From positions 28,002-92,001 of the IMG/VR virus record IMGVR_UViG_3300021375_000017: 64,000 nt of DNA. One strand, given 5' to 3'. The translations under genes were made by a program, and so were the position numbers. The DNA comes from a virus. Below are positions 10,259 to 18,060 of this stretch, piece after piece; position 1 is the stretch's first letter; the number at the start of each line of letters is the position of its first letter. The notes below the pieces were generated by a model that saw nothing but the letters and a program-made list of their open reading frames with translations, had not been told where the DNA came from and ran no database searches.

Positions 10259-10930
10259 TTGTTTTTATCCAATAAGTATACTGATTGTTATTTCCGTATT
10301 ATTAATAAGGCAAATCTTAGGAAACTTCCTCAAATTACTGAATGTCATCATATTATACCTAAATCATTAGGTGGAGGAGAAGAACCAGAAAACAAAGTAT
10401 ATCTAACACCAAGAGAACATTTTGTCTGTCATCATCTTCTTCTGAAGATGTTAGAGGGAAAATCAAAACAGAAAATGTGTTATGCTTTTTATAGAATGAA
10501 CTCCAGTAATAATGGAGTTAGGTGTGAAAATCTCAATTCTTATGATAGAATAAGAGAACACTACTCTCATCTCACTTCTGGAGTAAATAACCCATTTTAT
10601 GGGAAGGGGCATTTTGGATATTCTAACCCAATGTCCAAACCTGAGGTTCGGGAGAAACATAAACAAATAGTTTCTTCACCTGAACATAGAAAGATGATGA
10701 GTGATAAAATGTCTGGTGAAAATAATCCATTTTACGGAAGAACTCATTCAGATGAAACCAAGAAACATCTTTCTGAGTTGGCGTCTCAGAGAACAGGTGA
10801 AAACTCTTCCCGTTATGGGAAGAAACACAGACGAGTTGTTTGTGAACACTGCCAAAAAGAAATTACTTACCCAATGTATAAGAGGTGGCATGGAACGAAT
10901 TGTAAAGTCTATCAAGAAAATAAAGACTGA
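10259..10930 (+). mobile_element. HNH homing endonuclease with NUMOD3 repeats, inside split uvsX
   Basis: HHIIPKSLGG...N...LTPREH..CH; NNPFYG..HS.ETK repeats. Confidence 0.88.
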
Positions 10931-11366
10931 GGATGTTTATGACATCACAGTTGAAGGAGAACATCATTATATTCTTGGTAATGGTGTCGTGTCTCACAAT
11001 TCTGGCCTTAAGTATGCAGCGTCTACAATCATCTATCTCTCAAAGAAAAAGGAAAAGGATGGAACAGAAGTGGTCGGCAATCTTATCAAGGCTAAGACTG
11101 CTAAGTCGCGTTTAAGTAAAGAGAATAAAGATGTTACTATACGTCTCTATTACGATGAACGTGGTCTTGATAGGTATTACGGTCTCTTAGAACTTGGAGA
11201 ACTTGGTGGACTATGGAAAAACGTTGCAGGACGTTATGAGATGGATGGTAAGAAAGTCTATGCTAAGGCCATCCTGAAAGAACCTGAGACTTATTTTACA
11301 CCTGAAGTGATGGAAAAACTAGATGAAATCGCAAAAGAACAATTCTCTTATGGTTCGTCATTATGA
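10890..11366 (+). CDS. uvsX: split intein C-fragment (37 aa, 10890-11000) fused to UvsX C-half
   Basis: VYDITVEGEHHYILGNGVVSHN|SGLKYAAS (blocks F/G, Ser+1); continues KSR, LYYDERGLDRYYGL. Confidence 0.92.
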   Translation: MERIVKSIKKIKTEDVYDITVEGEHHYILGNGVVSHNSGLKYAASTIIYLSKKKEKDGTEVVGNLIKAKTAKSRLSKENKDVTIRLYYDERGLDRYYGLLELGELGGLWKNVAGRYEMDGKKVYAKAILKEPETYFTPEVMEKLDEIAKEQFSYGSSL

Positions 11367-11865
11367 TGTTGTTCCAGAGTCATACTGTAAAAAACTAATT
11401 GAGATATTTGAAAACTCCTCTAATCAGGAGTTTATCAATAATGATCACAAACCATGTTTCAGTCAGGTTAATCTGAGTAAAGAAAATCCTGAAATGGTCA
11501 GACAAATCATTCCCATTATTAAAGGTGTACATACTCTGTATAAGAAGGAAACCAAATCTTATTTTCTTCCAGAGTTAAATGCCCTTGAAGAACTTAGGAT
11601 TAAAAGATACCTTCCTAATGGTGAGGAAAGGTTTGATGAACATGTAGACGTGACTGACTATCCCTCATCAAGAAGGTCAGTTGCATTTTTATTTTATCTG
11701 AATACTAATGATGGTAATACAGTTTTTTCTAAACAGAAGTTGAACATTAAACCAAAGTGTGGTAGGGTAGTAGTATTCCCTCCTACATGGGAATATCCTC
11801 ATGCAAGACTCCCCCCAACAACTAGTAACAAATACATCATGAGTACATATATTCACTATGGATAA
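11350..11865 (+). CDS. 2OG-Fe(II) oxygenase
   Basis: HVD...FYLN...G.VVVFPP.W.YPH...KYI. Confidence 0.85.
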   Translation: MVRHYDVVPESYCKKLIEIFENSSNQEFINNDHKPCFSQVNLSKENPEMVRQIIPIIKGVHTLYKKETKSYFLPELNALEELRIKRYLPNGEERFDEHVDVTDYPSSRRSVAFLFYLNTNDGNTVFSKQKLNIKPKCGRVVVFPPTWEYPHARLPPTTSNKYIMSTYIHYG

Positions 11866-12490
11866 GGTTGAATTTTTAGTTCTGAAAAATCTAATACACA
11901 ATGAAAAATACTTGAGAAAGGTTCTTCCATTCATTAAAGAAGAATATTTTGATGATACTAAATATAAGGTAATCTTCGACGAGATCTCTACCTTTACTGC
12001 TGAGTATAACGAACTCCCTACAAAAGAGATTCTCAATATTGAGATTGAAAAGAGAAGAGATATTAATGAGGACTCTTATAAACAGATTTCTCATGTAGTT
12101 AATTGTCTTGAGGACGATGTTGTAGAGTTTGATTGGTTGGTTAACACTACTGAGAAGTGGTGTCGTGACCGTGCCATTTATCTTGCCTTGATTGAATCCA
12201 TTCAGATTGCTGATGGAGGAGATGTCAAGAAGGCACCAGATGCCATTCCATCTATTCTGTCTGATGCTCTGGCAGTTAGTTTTGACAACCATGTAGGACA
12301 TGATTACCTTGAAGATTATGAATCACGATACGAGTCTTATCACAGGAAGGAGGAGAGAATTGAATTCGATCTCGACTATTTTAACAAAATCACGAAAGGT
12401 GGGCTCCCTAACAAAACTCTTAACATCGCACTTGCTGGTTGCGTTCATCCAGAAACTAAAGTTAAAATTAGATTTAAGAAGATTTCTTGA
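11858..12490 (+). CDS. gp41: gp41 replicative helicase N-half fused to a 16-aa intein N-fragment (12440-12487)
   Basis: TKGGLPNKTLNIALAG|CVHPETKVKIRFKKIS*; break lies inside Walker A. Confidence 0.92.
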   Translation: MDKVEFLVLKNLIHNEKYLRKVLPFIKEEYFDDTKYKVIFDEISTFTAEYNELPTKEILNIEIEKRRDINEDSYKQISHVVNCLEDDVVEFDWLVNTTEKWCRDRAIYLALIESIQIADGGDVKKAPDAIPSILSDALAVSFDNHVGHDYLEDYESRYESYHRKEERIEFDLDYFNKITKGGLPNKTLNIALAGCVHPETKVKIRFKKIS

Positions 12491-13142
12491 TTATGGAATT
12501 TGGTGCTGGTTCTCCAGTTCCAAATTTCCATCCTTCGTTTAATTTAGTATCAATATTTTCTGGTAGTATTCTTTTCCATCCCTTTGTTCCTGGTAAGTAC
12601 ATTACCTTTTTTCCTTTATGTGCTTTACCTCCAAGAGATGCTCTTTGTTGTCTTCCTTGATTAGACGCCCAGTAATTGAATTCTTTAGATGCTCTTTGCT
12701 TTCCTCCAAAAGATGCTCTTTCCTTTCTACCTTCTTCTGTACTCCAGTAATAAAAATTTTTAATGTTATCTTTTAAATATTCTTGTTTTTGAGTTTCCAT
12801 TCCTTTGACCATCCATTCTTTTCTTTCATCTATTGGAACAGAAAAGAAACCAATCTTATTATCTCTACAAAATTCCCCAATTATTTTTCTATATTGTGGA
12901 GATAAGTTTGCTCCTAACATTTTCATAGACCTTAAGTCATTTGGATTTTTGTATATTTTCCATAACAAATAATGTGCTATGATATGTTCTCTAACATTTA
13001 GGTATGTAAGGTTACAATCATCATCTGTTCCTCCCATATGTTTAGGAACAACATGATGTTCGTGTAGTCCTGAATATTTTTTATAATCTTCTTTTCTTGA
13101 CTTATTGCCTTTGCATAAGTTAGAATAGATACGATCAAACAT
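12474..13142 (-). mobile_element. HNH homing endonuclease on the opposite strand, inside split gp41
   Basis: HEHHVVPKHMGG...NLTYL.VREH..AH; minus-strand TATAAATA at 13165-13172. Confidence 0.85.
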
Positions 13143-13176
13143 TCCCTGTCCCTGCTACTGCTATTATTTATATAAA

Positions 13177-14352
13177 ATGTGGATTGAAAAAGAAACAACA
13201 ATTGCTGAAATCAAAACATTACTTGATAATGGATATGAAGTAGAAGTTGATTCTCCCGATGGATATGTTCCAGTTAATTTCTTTATTAACAAAGGAATGT
13301 ATGATGAATATGTTTTGAGAATCGATGGCATTGATGAACTTATAAGATGCAATGCCAATCATTTATTTCAGACATCTTTGGGGTGGATGAGTGCATCGCA
13401 TCTTTATAAAAAATATAAAATAATGCATTTTTTAACCGAGAGTGGTTATAAACTTGGTAGTGTATTTAAAACAGGAAATCAAATACCTATTGTTGATATT
13501 AATGTAAATCATCCAAATCACAGGTATTATACTAATGGAGTTTCTTCTCATAATACTGGCGTCGGGAAATCTCTATTCATGTGCCATGTGGCTAGCTCCG
13601 TCTTGCTCCAAGGGAGGAACGTTCTCTACATTACAATGGAGATGGCAGAAGAGCGCATTGCTGAAAGAATTGATGCGAACCTCTTGAATGTAAATATCCA
13701 GGAAATTGTTGACCTTCCAAAACAAATGTTTGAAACAAAGGTTACAAACCTGGCACAAAAGACTCAAGGTCACCTAATTATTAAGGAGTATCCTACTGCC
13801 TCTGCTCATGCTGGACACTTCAAATCACTTCTTAATGAACTTGCACTTAAGAAGTCATTTCGACCTGATATTATTTTCATTGATTACCTTAATATATGTT
13901 CTTCCGAAAGATATCGCGGAAATAGCACTGTCAATTCATATTCATATATTAAAGCAATTGCTGAAGAACTTAGAGGACTTGCTGTTGAAGCAAACGTCCC
14001 TATCATATCTGCCACTCAGACCACTCGTTCTGGTTATGGTAGCTCTGACGTTGAGCTTACTGACACTAGTGAGTCCTTTGGTCTCCCTGCTACTGCTGAT
14101 CTTATGTTTGCCCTTATTTCGACTGAAGAGTTGGAATCGTTGGGACAAATACTTGTAAAGCAATTGAAGAATAGGTATAATGATTACTCTGTCCATAGAC
14201 GTTTTGTTGTTGGTATTGATCGTGCCAAGATGAGATTATATGATTGTGAACAGTCTGCACAGGATGACCTTCTTGACAATGGTAAGGAAGAAGAGTACAA
14301 TAATGATGAACAAGAAAAACCTAAAAAATCATTTAGTGGATTTAAATTTTAA
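13177..14352 (+). CDS. gp41: split intein C-fragment (126 aa, 13177-13554) fused to gp41 helicase C-half
   Basis: CNANHLF block B, IVDINV...YYTNGVSSHN|TGVGKS (Thr+1); IDYLN, SATQT, KNRY helicase motifs. Confidence 0.93.
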   Translation: MWIEKETTIAEIKTLLDNGYEVEVDSPDGYVPVNFFINKGMYDEYVLRIDGIDELIRCNANHLFQTSLGWMSASHLYKKYKIMHFLTESGYKLGSVFKTGNQIPIVDINVNHPNHRYYTNGVSSHNTGVGKSLFMCHVASSVLLQGRNVLYITMEMAEERIAERIDANLLNVNIQEIVDLPKQMFETKVTNLAQKTQGHLIIKEYPTASAHAGHFKSLLNELALKKSFRPDIIFIDYLNICSSERYRGNSTVNSYSYIKAIAEELRGLAVEANVPIISATQTTRSGYGSSDVELTDTSESFGLPATADLMFALISTEELESLGQILVKQLKNRYNDYSVHRRFVVGIDRAKMRLYDCEQSAQDDLLDNGKEEEYNNDEQEKPKKSFSGFKF

Positions 14353-14756
14353 TGACTGTAAATACTGAAGCATATCTTGAATTTGTCAATGCCGTCACCT
14401 CACAACAAAGTAAAGATCACGAAGCATTCCTCTATCGTCTTCAAGAATTGGAAGGCCAAGAGTTTCCTACCGAGCGACTGTTTACTGCTGCTGTAGGAAT
14501 GTCTGCTGAGGCAGGTGAGTTTACTGAAGTTGTCAAGAAGATCGTCTTCCAAGGTAAACCAGTAAATGAAGAAAACTTATTTCATCTGAAACGTGAACTT
14601 GGTGATATTATGTGGTATGTTGCTCAAGCGTGTATGGGTCTTGATACGACCATTGATGAAATTATTGAGATGAATGTTGAGAAACTGAAGTCTCGTTATC
14701 CTGGTGGAGAATTTTCCGTAAAACATTCCGAAGTCCGAAAGGAAGGTGATGTATGA
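14352..14756 (+). CDS. mazG: MazG-like NTP pyrophosphohydrolase
   Basis: EAGEF.E..KK...ELGDIMWY. Confidence 0.92.
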   Translation: MTVNTEAYLEFVNAVTSQQSKDHEAFLYRLQELEGQEFPTERLFTAAVGMSAEAGEFTEVVKKIVFQGKPVNEENLFHLKRELGDIMWYVAQACMGLDTTIDEIIEMNVEKLKSRYPGGEFSVKHSEVRKEGDV

Positions 14757-15448
14757 CCTACGACTTCTCATTTGCACATTCACCTGAAGGATTTGATAAT
14801 CATATCAACGATAGTATTCGTGGATATTCAAACCTCCTAGAAGATACTGTATCGTTCTCTCGATACTTTGTGGAGGATCATACTAAAGTTGTTGATGTTG
14901 GATGTTCAACTGGTAAACTTACCAAGATGATTATTGACAACAATCCTAATCGTCAGTACGCACATTATGTGGGTGTAGAACTTGCTGGTAGTTTTTATGA
15001 TGATCTTGAGGAACGTCATATAGAGGTTCGTAAAGAATACCCTGGTGCATTGTTAGAATGGGTTCGTGGTAATGTCACTAACTATGAGTTCAAGAACTGT
15101 TCTCTAGTAACATCACTGTTTACTCTACAGTTTATGCCCAAGACTACCAGACAAGATACGATCAATAAGATCTATAATGGTCTCAATGAAGGTGGTGCAT
15201 TTATCTTTGCTGAGAAGTTGATGTGTGAGAATGCATTCTTTCAAGAACTTCTTACCTTTAATCATTATGATTACAAGAGAAAGACTTTCAGTGCAGAACA
15301 AATCATGGATAAGGAGAAACAACTTCGTGATATGTTGAAACCTAATACATGGTCTGAACTAAGAGATATGGTGATGACTGCGGGGTTCAAAGACTGTCAG
15401 ATCTTCTGGAGAAACCATCAGTTCGTTGGAGTTATTGCAATTAAGTAA
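14753..15448 (+). CDS. cmoA: CmoA-like carboxy-SAM synthase (class I SAM fold)
   Basis: F.F.....FD.HI..SI.GYSN, DVGCSTG, FTLQF, GG.FI.AEK, typical of CmoA. Confidence 0.75.
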   Translation: MTYDFSFAHSPEGFDNHINDSIRGYSNLLEDTVSFSRYFVEDHTKVVDVGCSTGKLTKMIIDNNPNRQYAHYVGVELAGSFYDDLEERHIEVRKEYPGALLEWVRGNVTNYEFKNCSLVTSLFTLQFMPKTTRQDTINKIYNGLNEGGAFIFAEKLMCENAFFQELLTFNHYDYKRKTFSAEQIMDKEKQLRDMLKPNTWSELRDMVMTAGFKDCQIFWRNHQFVGVIAIK

Positions 15449-16845
15449 TGTGTGGAATTATTGGTGGATTTGATATTCCACAAATTGAAAAAGGTTTGAA
15501 CTCTATTATTCATAGGGGACCAGATAACCAACAGATTGTCCAAATGGAGAACATCTATTTTGGACATGTTCGTTTGTCTATTATTGATACTAGTAATGAG
15601 TCAAATCAGCCATTTGTTTATGGTGACACCACCATGATCTTCAATGGTACCATTTGGAACTATCGTGAGTTAAGAGAAGAATTGAATATTGAAACAAAGA
15701 CTTCAGGTGACACTGAGGTACTTTGTGCTATCTTGGATAGGTATGGTATTGAAGGATTGAATAAAGTTCAAGGAATGTTTGCCATTGCATTTACTCAAGG
15801 AGACGGTTCTATTACTATTGTGAGAGACCGTCATGGTGAAGTTCCTCTTCATTACTCTCTCCTTACAGGTCTCTTTCCATCATTCTCTTTCTGTTCAGAG
15901 ATCAAAGGTCTTTTGGCAATGGGGGAGATTGGTAAAACAGTTAAAATGTTAGAACCCGGATCATTTATTAAGGTTTCCTCTGATTACTCTGTAAAAGAGG
16001 GGTATTGGTATAACGTCAGAGAACATATCGAAGATACTTCTACATGGAACTTTAATGATTCTAAAGCGATGGTTTATAGAAACATTGTGATGGGTTCATT
16101 TGAAAGAACTGTTGCCGATGTTCCTGTTGCATGCTTACTCTCTGGTGGTATTGATTCTGCTATCACAACTCTCATTGCATCTAAACACATCCCAAACTTG
16201 GTGACATATACTGCAGTCCATGATGAGAACTCAAAAGATTTAAAGTCTGCTAGAAAAGTTGCTAAATATTTGGGAGTTGAACTCCGAGAAGTTATAGTTC
16301 AACCACCTACCATCGATGATGTTAATGATGTTATCAATACCATTGAGATGCCATATAAGGCCCAAGTAGAGATTGGATATCCTTGTATTCAACTTGCAAA
16401 AAGAATCCATGAAGATGGTTTTAAGGTGATTATGTCAGGTGAAGGTAGTGACGAACTCTGGGCATCCTATGGTATGAGTTACCATGGTATTAAGGATAAA
16501 GGTTGGACTGACTATAGAATAGGACTCTTTGGTTCACAACATCGTAAAAATTTCACAAGATGTAATAAGATTTTTATGAAGTATGGTATTGAATGTAGAC
16601 TACCTTTTTTAAACACTCAGTTAGTAGAGACTGCACTTGGTCTCAGTCAAGATACTGTTTGGGACGGTAAAGCTAGACCTAAAGCAATTCTCCAAGAGGC
16701 TTTCAGAGGTCAACTCCCAGATGATATTGTTGATAGAAAGAAGGTAGCATTTCAGGATGGTATGGGAATCAAATCTCTTTACGAAGACATTGTAGATTCT
16801 CCAAAAACATATTACACTAAACACTATAAGAAACAGTTCTCATGA
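15448..16845 (+). CDS. asparagine synthetase B-like glutamine amidotransferase
   Basis: N-terminal MCGI, HRGPD, RLSIID, SGDTE, LSGGIDS PP-loop, SGEGSDE, RLPFL. Confidence 0.9.
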   Translation: MCGIIGGFDIPQIEKGLNSIIHRGPDNQQIVQMENIYFGHVRLSIIDTSNESNQPFVYGDTTMIFNGTIWNYRELREELNIETKTSGDTEVLCAILDRYGIEGLNKVQGMFAIAFTQGDGSITIVRDRHGEVPLHYSLLTGLFPSFSFCSEIKGLLAMGEIGKTVKMLEPGSFIKVSSDYSVKEGYWYNVREHIEDTSTWNFNDSKAMVYRNIVMGSFERTVADVPVACLLSGGIDSAITTLIASKHIPNLVTYTAVHDENSKDLKSARKVAKYLGVELREVIVQPPTIDDVNDVINTIEMPYKAQVEIGYPCIQLAKRIHEDGFKVIMSGEGSDELWASYGMSYHGIKDKGWTDYRIGLFGSQHRKNFTRCNKIFMKYGIECRLPFLNTQLVETALGLSQDTVWDGKARPKAILQEAFRGQLPDDIVDRKKVAFQDGMGIKSLYEDIVDSPKTYYTKHYKKQFS

Positions 16846-18011
16846 AACTCCCCTACAAATTACAAGATGTTTATGACGGTGAAGCTCAACAGAAGTTCAC
16901 TGTCATTTCTACGTTCGCTGGTGGAGGTGGTTCGTCCACTGGTTATCGTCTTGCAGGTGGTAAGATCCTCTGTATCAATGAGTTTGTAGAAGAGGCAAGA
17001 AATACTTATTCCGAGAATTATCCATCTACTACTATTTTACCTGGTGATATTAAGGAGTTGACAGGTAAAGACTTCCTTGAAGCCACTGGTCTCAAACAAG
17101 GAGAACTTGATATTCTTGATGGTTCACCACCATGTTCTGCATTCTCTGTTGCAGGTTCAATGTGTCATAACATCTATGAAGAAGAGAGGGTAGACTTATT
17201 TGGAAACACCTACACCACTAGAGTTAGTGGTAAACATTCTGATGGTTGGGGAAAGACAAAAACTTATTCTGACGGTAAACAAGTTGAAAATATTGAAGAT
17301 TTGTTTTTTGAATATATCCGTATAGCAAAAGACATTCAACCAAAAGTAATTGTTGCAGAGAATGTCAAAGGATTGACTGTTGGTGAAGCTAAAACATACT
17401 ATGCAAAGATTACAAATGCATTTACAGAAATTGGATACCTAGTCACTTCTAAAGTAATGAAAGCATCAAATCATGGTGTGGGACAAGGACGGGAGAGACT
17501 TATCTTTATTGGAGTTCGTGAAGATATTGCAGATAAGATCGGAATGTTGATTACTGGAGTCAATAGTATATTTCCCAGACCTTCAAAAGAATCAACTACA
17601 ATTTCTGATATCATTGATGGTGTTGAGAATAATTCTGAAGATGTTAAAACTCTTACTGAAAAGTTGGTAAGTAGTAACATATACAAAAATGTTATCAGTA
17701 AGATGCCCAAGAATCCAGATAAAGTTTTGACTGGTATGGACTATCACCCTAAAGGACATTGTTTTAATACAAAGAGAGTCTCTTTAAAAAAACCATCTCC
17801 AACTCTTACTGCTAGTGGTGGTTTGATTCATTGGAACGAAGATCGTCCATTGACTGTTCCAGAACTTAAACGTATTCAATCACTTCCTGATGACTTTGTT
17901 TTGACTGGTACATATTCTCAACAGTCTGAAAGAGTGGGTAGAATGGTTCCACCTCTGATGATGAAAGCAATAGCAGAAAACATTTACAAAGAAGTCCTAT
18001 CTAAACTATAG
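16842..18011 (+). CDS. DNA cytosine-C5 methyltransferase-family enzyme, predicted carboxymethyltransferase
   Basis: FAGGGG (I), GSPPC (IV), ENV (VI), Q.RER (VIII), RIQSLPDDF (IX); motif X reads VGRMVPP. Confidence 0.85.
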   Translation: MKLPYKLQDVYDGEAQQKFTVISTFAGGGGSSTGYRLAGGKILCINEFVEEARNTYSENYPSTTILPGDIKELTGKDFLEATGLKQGELDILDGSPPCSAFSVAGSMCHNIYEEERVDLFGNTYTTRVSGKHSDGWGKTKTYSDGKQVENIEDLFFEYIRIAKDIQPKVIVAENVKGLTVGEAKTYYAKITNAFTEIGYLVTSKVMKASNHGVGQGRERLIFIGVREDIADKIGMLITGVNSIFPRPSKESTTISDIIDGVENNSEDVKTLTEKLVSSNIYKNVISKMPKNPDKVLTGMDYHPKGHCFNTKRVSLKKPSPTLTASGGLIHWNEDRPLTVPELKRIQSLPDDFVLTGTYSQQSERVGRMVPPLMMKAIAENIYKEVLSKL

Positions 18012-18022
18012 AAACTCTTCAA

Positions 18023-18030
18023 TATAAATA
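18023..18030 (+). promoter_or_regulatory. T4-type late promoter
   Basis: TATAAATA. Confidence 0.7.
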
Positions 18031-18060
18031 ATGATAATAGAAGTTGTTAGAACTAAAACC

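Noticed and set aside
10701-10889. Extended N-terminus of the uvsX C-half ORF
   Set aside because: It is an alternative frame within the HNH gene; intein similarity starts at Met 10890.
9944-13554. Group I introns or pseudogenisation explaining the broken uvsX and gp41
   Set aside because: Junctions carry intact intein blocks (Cys1, block B His, His-Asn plus Ser/Thr) and the non-coding gaps are too short for a ribozyme core.
14753-15448. tRNA cmo5U modification role
   Set aside because: No cmoB-like gene is in the window and the gene is coupled to a DNA cytosine transferase.
15448-16845. Ordinary asparagine synthetase auxiliary gene
   Set aside because: It is shorter than typical AsnB and sandwiched by overlapping codons between cmoA and a DNA MTase; a tailoring role is more likely, though not proven.
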